A DNA stretch of 63,845 nucleotides, counting the filler, from Reticulomyxa filosa (taxonomy: Eukaryota > Protista > Foraminifera): assembly GCA_000512085.1 (NCBI GenBank). It is 14 parts of 14 records of this genome, joined end to end, with 100 filler letters (N's around TTAATTAATTAA, not from the genome) between each part and the next. Parts side by side here need not be neighbours in the genome. Positions count along the whole stretch, not along the records: positions 25,565 to 30,280 come from ASPP01016020.1; positions 30,381 to 37,853 come from ASPP01003025.1; positions 37,954 to 39,358 come from ASPP01035017.1; positions 39,459 to 41,020 come from ASPP01019134.1; positions 41,121 to 46,521 come from ASPP01020907.1; 9 more parts are not named here. One strand, written 5' to 3'. The notes beneath the pieces were generated by a model. That model had not been told where the DNA came from and did not search any database. It worked only from the letters and a program-made list of their open reading frames with translations. The position numbers and the translations under genes were made by a program. Below, piece by piece: positions 28,949 to 41,648 of this stretch; within the stretch, counting starts at the first letter, position 1, and each line of letters begins with the position of its first letter.

Positions 28949-30149
28949 ACTCAATAGTCATCCAATCTTGTCCAGTGGATAATTGGAACACGGTCAGAAC
29001 GGCCGACACGGCGTTGCTGAAATCCAGCTTGACTTTGTCATCGACGGAGACCATGGACGAGCCGAACCAGGACGTGCCAACGAGTCCCAGCGTCAGTATG
29101 AGGAAGAGCACAAGGATCATGAACCACACCATGCGATTGAAGATATCGGACACGGTGGACATGATGCGATTAAAGTTTTCAAAGTAGGGGATTCTTCGAA
29201 GCAAGCCAATTAAATGCAAGCTTCGCAGACACACAATGGCGGCCAAGCCGAGGCCATCGCGACTGGCCCAGCTAAAGTCGCCGTCAATGGACGTGGAGAT
29301 GATCCACTTCGAAGTGACGACAATGATGACCAAAGCGTCGATGACTTCGTAGCGTGAAGTCCAAAAGCCTTTGAATCCGAGGACGAACATTTTGAAGACG
29401 AGTTCGACAAGTTGCACAATCAAAAATGCCAAATCCACATACACGATGGTCTCATAACCATGTTTGGACAGATGCGTTTGGCTGATCGACAACGTGATGG
29501 TATTGACCACCGCCAACAGCACGACGAAGCATTCGAAATAGATGCTTCGAATCAATTGATAACATCTCTGACGAAACGGCGACATCTTTTCCAATTCCGA
29601 TTTGTCCAATGTCACTACGTCATTGCTCAATTTCGCCGCGATCGCTACCAAACGGCTGTCATGCTCCCCAGTGCCGCCTTGCGATAGGGCCATTTGGAAG
29701 TTGGCCAACGCTTCCGTAACTGTCAATACCTTTGCTTGCAATGGCTCCATTCGGTTCGTCGGCATCTCTTTCAATGAGTTATGCCGTTGCAACGTGTCCG
29801 CGTTCGCTTTCCCATTTTCCAATGACACTCGACGAGTTCGCGAGTGTCTTCGCGTCTTTTGCGACATGTGACGCTTCAAGTCTTCGATCGGCATCTCCTC
29901 TTGCATGTGCGTGCGTTCGGGGATATCTTGCAACTCGATCATCCCCTTCTCGTGTACGTCGCCCCCGTACGACTTGCTTTGGTCTTCTTTCTCTTTCTGC
30001 AACAACTGCTTGCGGCGGACGAGGGTCTGAGGACTTTGTGGTAGCAACGTCACCACGTTGGCCGTCATGTTTGAAAACAATGTACCTTCTGTTTCGTACA
30101 CATAACGTTCGTTCTCCTCATTCGCTTCACTTCCAAAATAATTGAACAT
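25631..30149 (-). CDS. Four-domain Cav/Nav-type cation channel alpha subunit (I-II linker, domains II and III, start of IV); truncated at both ends, multi-exon
   Basis: S1 SIYFECFVVLL; S3 WNILDASVV; S4 STLRALRVFRVVIR; pore helices DFSN..VFQLSTGQDW and FDS..VFLVFRGAEW; S6 segments; domain IV S1 FVQSKEFHWFI. Confidence 0.9.
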
Positions 30150-30380
30150 GTTCTTTTTTTTTTTTTTTTATTTTTTTTTAAAGAAGGTCGGACAAGTAAT
30201 CCTTCAATAAAATTTTTTTTTTTTCTCCCCTTTTGCAAAAATAATTGTAAAGATATATGCTTATATACATATGCATATACNNNNNNNNNNNNNNNNNNNN
30301 NNNNNNNNNNNNNNNNNNNNNNNNTTAATTAATTAANNNNNNNNNNNNNNNNNNNNNNNNNNNNNNNNNNNNNNNNNNNN

Positions 30381-30413
<33 letters not shown>

Positions 30414-32081
30414 TATTATTATTATTATTATTATTGTAATTGTTCTCATGCTAAACGAGTGTAAGAGTGAAGGAGAATCCATCCTATTTCTTTATAACAC
30501 TTTTGAATTATGTATGGAAATAGATTCATTCAAACGAAAAAAAATTCGAATGCCATATTTGCAAACGGCGATTTCGAGTGAACCAAAGTTTAAAAAGTCA
30601 CATCACAAAAATTCATCGGATTGCAAGTTTGCTTACGGTTTGTTTTTTTTACGTTGTGTTTTTTTCATCTCCTTTGTTCTATGCTTTCCTCAAAACCTTA
30701 CATCCTCCTTCAAAGGGAGGATCGAAGAAAAAGAACAAAGAACGAAAGAATGAAACACACGATACACAAATAAATAATAAAGGCAACTCGTCGATTTGAA
30801 TAAAAAAAACTGTTTTATCACAAATGTGAAGACATAAGTGACGTCTTTTGAAGGAAAGCGGTTTTCCTTAGAGGTCATGCTGCTCTGATAAATGGTTGAT
30901 TTTTTCTTTGTATGTTTGATTGTTCAAATTGATATGCAATATTGATTTGTATACAATCAACTTTCACAATGACATTCGATCTTTTTTTTCTTAACACAAA
31001 TAATTTGATTTTCGGCCAAATATGGTCGAGAGACCACCCAAAATTTGTTTCACTCTTACTTATTATAAAAGATTTTCGAATCTACGCAATTGAGCGCTTT
31101 TCAGTGTACGGTGTCAATCCGAGTGCTGCTATAAGATGGACCAGCATTTATGGATAGTTTTTGCAACAAGTTGGAGTCTTTCATCTGAAGAACGGAGAAA
31201 AAAATGACCGGATAGCTTATCCATCCATTTGCACTTAAAGTGAATACATTGTTCAACATAAATTCATTTTTTTTTTTAAGTAATGTCACAAATCTCGTTT
31301 TGAAACGTTTAAATTTACAAAAAAAAAAAGATATTTTTGCAATTGTTAGGATGTATGATCAAACAACACATCTTGCATTTCTTTCTTTCATTAAGACATT
31401 ACAAATTCTTTTATTTGTAATGGAGTTTTTTCACAACATAAAATACACATATTCCGAAATCTATGATCGACAGCTGCCATTTTTATATGACTGCACAACA
31501 TTCTTGTCGAAATCAAGTTAAATGCAATAGTCATCAAAAATTCAAAATAACATCTTTGATCATTAACTAGGGACATTTGAATCTGTTGTGATTTTGGGCT
31601 GAAGACTAGTTTCTTTGAGAAAGAAGAGAACTGACCTTTTTCTTTCCTTTTTTTTTTTAACAAAACGCAAAACGAAAAAGAGTTGGTATGAGACTGTCAA
31701 ATTCCTCCAGATTTTATTACGTATGAGATATCAATGAAGGCAATTGCTGTTTTGCTGCTCCCTTTCAGTAACACTGGGAATGTGCCCTCTCTTTCCAACT
31801 TTGGGACGGGAGCCACGGCCTCACACAAGCAAAGCGACGTTAACATGCTGCAAATCAATTGCACTTCATTGACAAATCTTGTTTGTCCCCTACCAATAGA
31901 CGGTACCTAAAAAAAAAAAAAAAAAAGAAGTCATTTAAAAAAAGCAAAGTAATGGTAGTGAACATTCCATGAAATGTGTTTGCTGTAATAGATTTTTCCG
32001 AGATGTCAATGGTTTCGAATTCCTTGGTTTGTAAAAGTCTGCCACACGCATACACATAAAATTTGTGTAGTCGTGTAAAAT

Positions 32082-34508
32082 GTGAAAACAACGAATACTT
32101 GGAAAACAAAGGTACACAAGCGCAGTCGCGTGTTGCCATCGGATTTGGTATACGGAAGTGGACACGAACACCCTTGCGAAAACGAAAGTGCAAATGACGC
32201 AAGCAGCGAAGATGAGACGATTTGCCGAAATGACTACGTGCATTATGTGAGATGCTCGGTGATCAGCGCGTTTGTTGTGGTCACATCTTCTTGGAAAGCG
32301 TCTCGCGGAGATGAAGACGACGAACGCGAAGACGAAACCCTTTGCAACGACACTCATTGTCCATCGCTGCGCTTGTTTCATGTGTTGGACACAGGTTTGT
32401 TTGTGAGTCTGAGCCATGGGGAACACGATAAAACTGGCCCCCATTTGTGGGACCACACAACACTTTGGTTTGATAAGGACGCGACGCGAGACAAACCGAA
32501 GGAGACTTGTCTATTCGCTCAGCGTTGAGTCCAGAGCACATTGTGACGAACATGGCGAGTGAAGACCATGGGGATATGCACGCCTTGACAAGTCCGTCGT
32601 ACCATAGAGACATGTCCGAATGTGAGAGAAAAGAGAATGACAATGACAACAATGATAATAATGATAACAAAGAAATAACGATGGCAAATGTCGAAATTGA
32701 AAACGACAAACAATCCAAAGAAATAGATTACGTAGACACTTGTATTGGAGAGACACAAGCAAACGTGGAAAGCGTCTCCGCTCGGTCAATGATTCTTCAC
32801 AACAACTTTGAAATCAGAAAATGGCTAGGAATTGGGGGGTTTGGCAAAGTTGCAGAGGCCACACATCGAATCGATCAATCCCATTATGCGATTAAAATCA
32901 TCCCATTTTCGTCTCATTGCAATGAAGACAAGGACTACATTCCAAACGAACTTGAGGTGAATTCATATGAATACGTACTTTATACTTTATAATACACTTG
33001 TGTGTGTATGTGTGTATGTGATCATTTGCACATTGAAAAAGTGTTTACGTGAAGTACGCAATATGGCCAAGATATCTCATCATCCCAACGTTGTGCGCTA
33101 TTTCACAGCGTGGACGGAGGAAATGACTAATGAGCTGTTTGAATTGGTCAAGGACATCCCATCGCTGAATGAACAGCACGACCATTCCAATAAAACTCAC
33201 ACGACGTTGGGAATATGCAACGTCGAGACTGCCAATGAGTCCTCACGCCATTCACTTGTGTGCAGTCCTGTGCATGGTCGTCTTAATGACATTGTCAGTG
33301 ATAACGAGAGTTTATTGACGTTTGATTTGAATTTGAATTTGAATTTGAATTCGAAAGAAACAACGAAAAGGAGTTTAACTGTAAATGGTAATGGTAATGG
33401 TAATGGCAATGGCAATGGCAATAGTGCCAACGCGAAACGTCCCACACATGCGCTGGTAATTAAAATGGAAAAATGTGAACACGGCACATTGAAGGGTTGG
33501 CTACGCCAACGCAATCAAGTTAACGTGTTGCAATCGTTGGATATTTTCCATCAAATTGCCAAAGGCTTGCATCACATTCATACTTATCAAATTTTACATC
33601 GAGATATCAAACCTGACAATGTTTTTATATGCGAAAATAATGTCGTGAAATTAGGTGATTTTGGATTGAGTATTTATTCACCGCAACGGCCATATTCTGC
33701 TTTGGGTCATTGCGATTCTCGTCCTTTTGTTCCATGTTCTATTCTATTCTATTCCATTCCTTTTACATTTAATTTTATATTTTATCTTTTATCTTTTATA
33801 TGGATTGTTTTATTTAAAAAAAAAAATACCCCAGTGCACTTCACTGCTGGTTTAGGTACTCCAACGTATGCTGCCCCAGAGCAAATCGGAGAATTAACAC
33901 AACAAGCCAATGGAATGGGCTATTCGACATCAGCAGATATCTATCCCTTGGGTCTTATCGCATATGAGCTATTCTCCGATTTCACCACGACGATGGAGCG
34001 TTTGATAGCCTTTGAACAACTTAAGAAAAGTGGCTGTGTTCATCCACGATTTAAGGCCAAATATCCAACGCAATTGTATACTCTGATTGAACAAATGATC
34101 TCTCGAGATCCCAGTCAAAGGCCATCGACCACAGATATTTTGACCGTGCTAACCGATTTGATACATCGGGGTCCACTCGCAATCATCTCCTCCGAGCCTG
34201 TCCTTAACCATCTTCTTCTGCACAACAAAGATAAGACAACCACACATCCAGTTAATAGTGCTTATGATACCAATAGCACCTGCGCTTCTGACAGCCCACG
34301 TACTTCACTTACTCCACCCGCTCACATGTATTCAAAAAAGCAAACTGGCTCTCCACGCATTGGCACGGGCTGTTCGTGTAGTCAGTCCATTTCAATCAAA
34401 AATCTGCAGATTGATTTGCTAAAAAATCGGATTTCCAAACTCGAATCACTCTTATATCAAATCACTGGAAAATCATCTATTCCTCTGGAGAATTGTGTAC
34501 CCACTTAA
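32082..34508 (+). CDS. eIF2-alpha kinase (HRI/PEK-like) with kinase insert; start not resolved (may extend to ~31734)
   Basis: LGIGGFGKV..HRIDQSHYAIKII, LREVRNMAKISHHPNVVRYFTAW, a long insert, IKMEKC, HRDIKPDNVF, KLGDFGL, TAGLGTPTYAAPEQ, DIYPLGLI and TTMER. Intron 32395-32477 joins the two upstream ORFs in phase. Confidence 0.9.
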
Positions 34509-36389
34509 CTTTTCTACCGAATTTCAGTCAACTCTAACCAATTCGCAAATATGATTCATTTGCTACTTTTACTTTTGCTTTTTTTTTCTAATCGGTTTTT
34601 TTTCCCTCTTGCTTTTGTGTCTTCTTTTTTCCCAAAAAAAACTGAAACTAGTTTGCGAAAAGCTGTTTGTTCATTTTTTTCTTGTTCTTTTTTTTTTTTG
34701 TTATTGTCGTTACATTTTAGGTTCACGGGGAGATGGGCTTGTTGTCGCGAGTGATATAGGGCCAAAACATATAAATAAAAATTGCTTTTTCATACAAACA
34801 AAAAAAGTAAATTAAAGGAGACAACAAAAAGTTGGGGGAAGAGGAGAGAAAGGAAAGTGGGAAGAAACACTGCTTTTTTTGTTGTTTTTTCCTTGGTGAA
34901 GCAACAAATTGGTTTTTTTTTGGAGTTTTTTCAATTTTTTTTTAAACTGTGGATGGGGGTTTAAGTGTTTAAATACATGATTGACGTTTTTATCTTTCAT
35001 AAACGTTTCATGTGTGCAGGATTGCTTATTTGCGACCAGAATATTTTGTTGTGTTCTGCATACCTTGTGTAAGTATTACTTGACATGCAGTGTTTATTTT
35101 TAATGTGCCTGGACTTTTTTTTTGGCTGTTTTTCATTGCAAAATATTTGACGTGGACAAAATTTAATGAAAATATTTTTGAGCATAAATATAGTATATTT
35201 TCTTATATAGTTGAACAAGTGAATACGATCCGTATATAAAAAATGTCGGTTTTCTGCACAATCCCAATCCACTAAATTAAGACACGTTGTTAAAAGAAAG
35301 AGTCTTTTAATAGATGGAAGTGCTTTGTCAAGGCTACATTGTAAATCATTTTAATGAAATACATCAACAAACAAAGAACTCCGAAATGTTATATACAATT
35401 TTGGATATGTTGAATAGCAGAAACAAAAGAGAAAGGAAGCAACATCAAATACAGAAATCAACAGAATTGTCATGTTCAAGAATGTCTTTATCTGAGAATA
35501 GGAACAAGAAATCAAAGAAACATCATTAAACAAAGAACAAGAATGAAGAAGTAAAGGATACTGTTCAGCTTATGACGAATTGGTCAAGTCATGAAACAAA
35601 TGGCTGAAGTGTGGAATTTAAGAAGTAATAATGAGAAGTATATACCACTATGGCTTCCAAATGATCCACAATATTTGACTTGTATATCTTTATTGAAAAG
35701 ATCTAAAGTAAAAATAATATTGTAGATACATAGAACAAATCACAGAATATCTTTCATCTATGTTGTACTATCTTATATCTTGCATTTATTTGAAAAGTTC
35801 TTCATCCTTCTTTTTAATCAGGTGTTTGAAAAATTCAATGTTCAAAAAAAACTATCTTACCAACAAAAAAAGTTTAAAATGAATTATACTAATATTAAAT
35901 ATTTAACGCACAATAAACACAGAAGAAAGTAAAAATCATTATGGGGAAGCACTGTGACAGACTATCTGTGAAATTAAACTATAAGACCGCAACAGTAACA
36001 AACGTCCAAGACCACAAGATGATGAAAATGAACATGAAAAAGGTTGAATGATGAAAACATTTGGAAGGAACATAAAGTATTTTGTAGAGCAAGTTATTCT
36101 TTGATTTTTACAACTGTAAATGGAAGAAAATTGATATCAAGACATCAATTCTGAAGCTAACTGGGATTAAAAAAATTCATTTTAACATCATTAATCATTA
36201 ATATAACTTTGCAAAAAAGGTGTATTTTGAAGGAGATCGAAAACAGAATAAGCTAGATACTACAAACTCTTGCAGTATCTAAAAGAATTTTGAAGAATCG
36301 ATCCAAAGATTTTCAACGATTTCATCGTTGGCAAAGTTCGTGGCGAAAGCAGCACAAAGACAAGAATAAAATAAAACGAACTACTAAAA

Positions 36390-37020
36390 ATTTTTCTTTT
36401 ACTAGTACTTGAATTTTTGTAATATTGTAAGTGACGTGTGGCTTCTTCACTTTTGTTAATCTTTTTGGCAACTTATTTGTTACAATTCATTTTGGGGAGG
36501 GTCTTTGTCGTCGGTTCAGCAACTGCGTGTTGTGTGATTGTGAGAGGTGGAAGTGCTTGTTAAATCTTCACGCGTATATTGACATCAGTTGCCTTAAGAG
36601 TAATGAGGTACAAGCTCTTGGTAGTAACCTTTTACTAGAAACGGGCGGCTTGAGGAAGAAGGTCGAATCTTGCTTGCCTTAAGAGTGTTAGATGCCTTTG
36701 AGAAATTGGTAATCTCGAGGCAAATACCTGGTTTTTTCTGTTTGACAGAATTCCTAGGATCGAGTAACTTCTACTGAACATCAGGCAAAACAGAAACACA
36801 CTAGATGATAACAAAGCTTGTGAAAACGATTCAGGCAAGATGTATTTACCATAATCAGCTCTACTACAAGCCATGCTGGGACAAAATACACCACATGGAA
36901 TTTGATCAAGAATTTAATTTAATGGTAAACAAGCAGACATGTTAACTGCACTTCCGAACATGTTTGCTACTAGTGAACTATCAAATGTCAGTATGCATGA
37001 TGACATTGGAGTTGGAAATA
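36390..37020 (+). repeat. Dispersed repeat family R2, copy A
   Basis: Aligns by eye to 37310-37775 and to the reverse complement of 39535-39990 (gtcggttcagcaactgcgt, ggtggaagtgctt, gcctttgagaaattgg, ctactgaacatc). Confidence 0.85.
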
Positions 37021-37309
37021 GAATTGGATATGGTATTGACATACTTGATTACAGTAATCTAATGAACAAACTCCAACAACACAAAATAACGTCGAACGGT
37101 ATGGAAGTTACAAGACAAACTATCACGAAAAATAAATAAATAAAAAAAAATATTTATCATTAATATTAACTTTTCTTAAAAAGTTGTATTTGCTTGGAAG
37201 TGTCAAGATACTTCGACATCTATTAAGTTTTAAAGAAGGTTTTGAAAATCGAACCAAGTATTCTAACGTCGTTTCGTCCAAGACTTTTCGGGCTAGAAAG
37301 AAATTTTTT

Positions 37310-37775
37310 TTTTAAAGTGATATAAAGTTTTTTATAGTAGTTAGATTTTGTAATATTGTGATTAAAGTGACTTTTTCGCTTTTGTTAATGTTTTTGGCAA
37401 CGCCTTTTGTTGCAATTCATTTTCGGGAGGTTGTCGTCGGTTCAGCAACTGCGTAGTATGTGACTGTGATAAGTGGAAGTGATTGTTTAAACTTCCAGCG
37501 TATCTTGCTTTGAGGGTAGTATCGAGGCAAATACCAGTTTTTTATGTTTGGCAGAACTCCGAATCGGGTAATTTCTACTGAATATCGAGCAAAACCGAAA
37601 CCCACTAGCTGATAACAAGGCTTGTGAAAGCTATCCGGACGGCCGAGGCAAGGTGTTTTTACCCTAATAGGCCAAGAATTCAATCTAATGATAAGCAGAC
37701 ATGTTAACTAGACTTCCGAACATGCCTGCCACTAGTGAACTATATAATGCCAGCATCATGGTGGCATTGGAAAAC
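37310..37775 (+). repeat. Dispersed repeat family R2, copy B (tandem to A, internally deleted)
   Basis: Shares agtgatataaagttttttatagtagtt, cattttcgggagg and ggacggccgaggcaagg with copy C. Confidence 0.85.
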
Positions 37776-39534
37776 CAACTACAATCCAAATGACGTCGAA
37801 TAATGAATAATATGGATGTCGACACAAATAGCACAAGATGAACAGCCATAAAANNNNNNNNNNNNNNNNNNNNNNNNNNNNNNNNNNNNNNNNNNNNTTA
37901 ATTAATTAANNNNNNNNNNNNNNNNNNNNNNNNNNNNNNNNNNNNNNNNNNNNAAATGCGGGTGCAATTAAGGTAACGTATTATTTTTGTTAAATTTAAA
38001 TTTCATAAAAAAAAATTATAAAAAATATCTTTTTAATGAAGCCGGGAAATTGTCTATCACTTTGACTCAGTCGTAAGTGAAATTATTCTCATCAAAGAAA
38101 AAAACAAAGTCAATAATAAAAATAAATATGTTTACGCTGTTTCGAACAAACGGCAAATTTTTTTTTTCAGTAAATATCTTTGAAAGCTTCAATTGCTTTG
38201 CGGTTTTGTGAAATACTGTTTAAGTTATACTCATCCTTTAAATACTAGTCAATAAAAAAAAAAAATTTGACTAGCCAGCAGAAAAATTGTGACTATTCAA
38301 GAAAGAGTTTTGGCCGGTCACGAAAAAAAGTTTTAACAACAAATAAAAAGCTCTTTTCCAACGAATGGATCCCGATATTTTGCTGGAAAAAAGAGTTCAT
38401 TTGATAATAACGTAGAAAGAAAGCCTGTAAAAACAGCATACTCATCCAAAACTCAGACAAACCAAATAAATATATTCATGGCTTTTTAATTAATAAAAAT
38501 ATTCCTCTTTTGATAAGGAAAACAGCCCATAATACGCTAGAATTATTTATAATATTTCGCACACTTCAAAGCACTTTGTACAATGAATAAATCACCACAG
38601 GGAATTGATCATAAAATCTTAAAAAAAGGAATATTACGATTGTCAGTTGACGAACTCTTTATCAATAAAATCTACAATTTAATGGATGTAGATTCATCAA
38701 ACAGTATATAATTGAGCAGTTTTTACCTGTTTGGACGCTTTAGAAAAATGAAGCGAATTAACACAACTTCAGCATATTTTCAGAAAATATGATTTAGATG
38801 ATGACGAATGCATTAGCAAAGAGGATTTATTCAAAATATTTTCGTCTTCACTCATGATAAAAATTGCTGATACAATGAAAGAATTGATCAATGTCTTTGT
38901 TGATAGAATATTTGATAATGTTTTGTTGTTCAATCTTGTTGCAGCGATAATGACAAGAATAAGTTCGCATATTTTCATAGGATTCGTCATCCTCTTCTGT
39001 CAAAAAAAGTATGACTATTTGACACAGTGTATTATAAAATATTTGAAAAGAGATAAACGTCACAAAGATGTTTGGGAGTTGTTTTGAAGATCCATGTTTC
39101 GTGATTTTGCTAACCCAGCACAATACTAACCAACGGTGTAAGTTTTTTTTTTCTCTTGTAAGTTAAACTGATATTCAATTAGATGAATTTGAAATAATTT
39201 CAAACATTAATTTTTCGAAATGAATAAGTTTCTATTGTAAAAAAAAATGCTTTGATCAAAAAATGTGTTTATGTGAACAAGTTTATAAAAATTTTATTAT
39301 TTTTGAAAGTTGGCCCCTTGTTTGAGTTTTTCTTCACTGACAAAAAGTGTCTTTTGTTNNNNNNNNNNNNNNNNNNNNNNNNNNNNNNNNNNNNNNNNNN
39401 NNTTAATTAATTAANNNNNNNNNNNNNNNNNNNNNNNNNNNNNNNNNNNNNNNNNNNNAGTGAAAGATGAAGCAATGAGTAGTCTGACACCTTCATGCCC
39501 TCACTGTGTAAAAGCTTAAAAAAATGCATCCATT

Positions 39535-39990
39535 AGAGTAAAAATACCTTGCCTCGGCCGTCCAGATCGCTTTGTGATCAACAAGTGAGTTTCAGTTTTG
39601 CCCGATGTTCAGTAGACCCTCGGAGTTCTGCCAAACAGAAAAAACCGGGTATTTGCATCGAGATTGCCAATTTCTCAAAGGCGTCGAACATTCTTAAGGC
39701 AAACAAGGTTCGACCTTCTCCCGCAAGCCTTCCGTTTCCAGTAAAAGGGTTACCAGGAATTTGCACCTCTGTACCCTTAAAGCAACTTAGTAAAAGATAC
39801 TCGTGAATTTTTAAAAGCACTTCCACCTATCACAGTCTCACACCACACTAGATGCGAACCGGCGACACCTCCCGAAAATGAACCACAACAAAAATGTTGT
39901 AAAAACAGCAATAAAAGGGAGAAGTTACGCTCCACTAATAATATTACAAAATCCAACTACTATAAAAAACTTTATATCACTATTAAAAAA
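39535..39990 (-). repeat. Dispersed repeat family R2, copy C (different contig)
   Basis: The reverse complement matches copies A and B; this copy has the best-paired hairpins. Confidence 0.85.
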
Positions 39991-41153
39991 TTTTTCAAGT
40001 AGTAAGAAGTTTCTTTTGGGTCTTTCTTGAATTCTCTGACTTTTCTTGATCTTGAGAAATTTCTTGGTGAACAAAATTTTTGATTTCAATTTCAAAATTT
40101 CTTTCAAAATCACTTAGATTACGAATGATCTTACAGGTTCAAACATTTTCTCCTTCAAATATAACTTTTTTTGACAAAAGTTAATATTGGTGAGGTTAAA
40201 ATTTTTTTTAATCCATGATTATTCAGGAATGCATCTGATCTATGCTGTTGAGTCAAATCTGGTTACAATTGCCTAACTTTTTTGCTAGTATTATTTGCAA
40301 CAAGAAACCTGATTTTCAAAATTTCCTTGGAAATCTGATATCATGTCAAAGTTGCAGACTCAGCCAAAAGTTTGTAATTGATACCAAGATAAAAATTTGA
40401 ATATTTTCAAGACAAATCTACTCGTGCTGAAATTTCCATATTCTTGTTTTGTTAACCAATAAACTTTATTACCGAAGTTGCAGCTAAGTTTTTTGGATTT
40501 AATTGGTGTAATCACAATCGTTTATGTGTTAACACAGAAAAATTGCCTTCTTTCTTTCTTGTTTATTTCCCATATATTCTTGAATGTTACCTTTTTTCGT
40601 GTTGACTATTCATATCAATACCAATTATACTAATTTCAATTCCACCATTATATCCTTTGTGAAAGATTTGCTTGTTTCGAACATGTTTGTAATCTTGTTT
40701 ACAGCCCAAAGTGATTATTTTTTAATTTTTTTAATGCTTCTATTTATTATTCATAGAAGTGTAGCTAATTAGAATAATTACCTTACTTCGACCGTCATGA
40801 TCGTCTTCGCAAACCTTATCACTAGTACAGTATAATGCAAAGTAAGTTGACACCTAAAACGGCACCTTATAGAGATAATTGATTTTCTTCATGAAAACAA
40901 CATTCAAACCTAATTTTTTTTAATATCTACGAATCGTGTAGTTTTTAAATATCATTTTGGTTTTTTAATAATCTTTCCAATTTTTTCAAAAATTTTATTC
41001 TTTCATTTGGTTTGGTAAAANNNNNNNNNNNNNNNNNNNNNNNNNNNNNNNNNNNNNNNNNNNNTTAATTAATTAANNNNNNNNNNNNNNNNNNNNNNNN
41101 NNNNNNNNNNNNNNNNNNNNGTATATGTATGCATGTATAAATGCTTTCTCAAG

Positions 41154-41648
41154 GTGTTGGCTGCTGAAGATCCAAACAACCCAAATTTAAATGAATGCAA
41201 AGATCTATTGATGGTCGGATCGATGGGTCATGCGTCCAGTATTGCGCTGGGAATCGCCTTGAACAAACCGTCCCGGAACATTGTCTGCTTAGATGGAGAC
41301 GGGGCGATGCTGATGCACATGGGCATTATGTCCACCATTGGCTCTTCCAAACTGCGCAATTTGAAACACATTCTCCTAAACAACGCGACACACGACAGTG
41401 TGGGACAACAACCCACCACTGGATATCACACCAATTTTGTTGATGTCGCAAAGGCCTGCGGTTACACTTGGCACAAATCAGTCAACTCTGCCGAAGATGT
41501 CAAAGCTGCTGTTATTGAGTTGATGAAAAAAGACGGTCCTGCATTTTTGGAAATCCGAGTTCGTCCTGGAGCCAAAAAAGACTTAGGAAGACCTAACGAA
41601 ACACCTATTCATAACAAAAAGGCGTTCATGTCTTTCTTGAATAAATAA
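41154..41648 (+). CDS. ppd: Phosphonopyruvate decarboxylase, C-terminal TPP-binding domain (last exon); 5' truncated
   Basis: MVGSMGHASSIALGIAL, VCLDGDGAMLMHMG, LNNATHDSVGQQPT, ACGY and the C-terminal DLGRP..PIHNKKAFM typical of Ppd/AepY. Preceded by an intron end (ttctcaag). Confidence 0.88.
   Translation: MLAAEDPNNPNLNECKDLLMVGSMGHASSIALGIALNKPSRNIVCLDGDGAMLMHMGIMSTIGSSKLRNLKHILLNNATHDSVGQQPTTGYHTNFVDVAKACGYTWHKSVNSAEDVKAAVIELMKKDGPAFLEIRVRPGAKKDLGRPNETPIHNKKAFMSFLNK

Noticed and set aside
36620-36645. CCTTTTACTAG resembling U5 snRNA loop I
   Set aside because: It lacks the preceding G, the closing stem and a properly placed Sm site.
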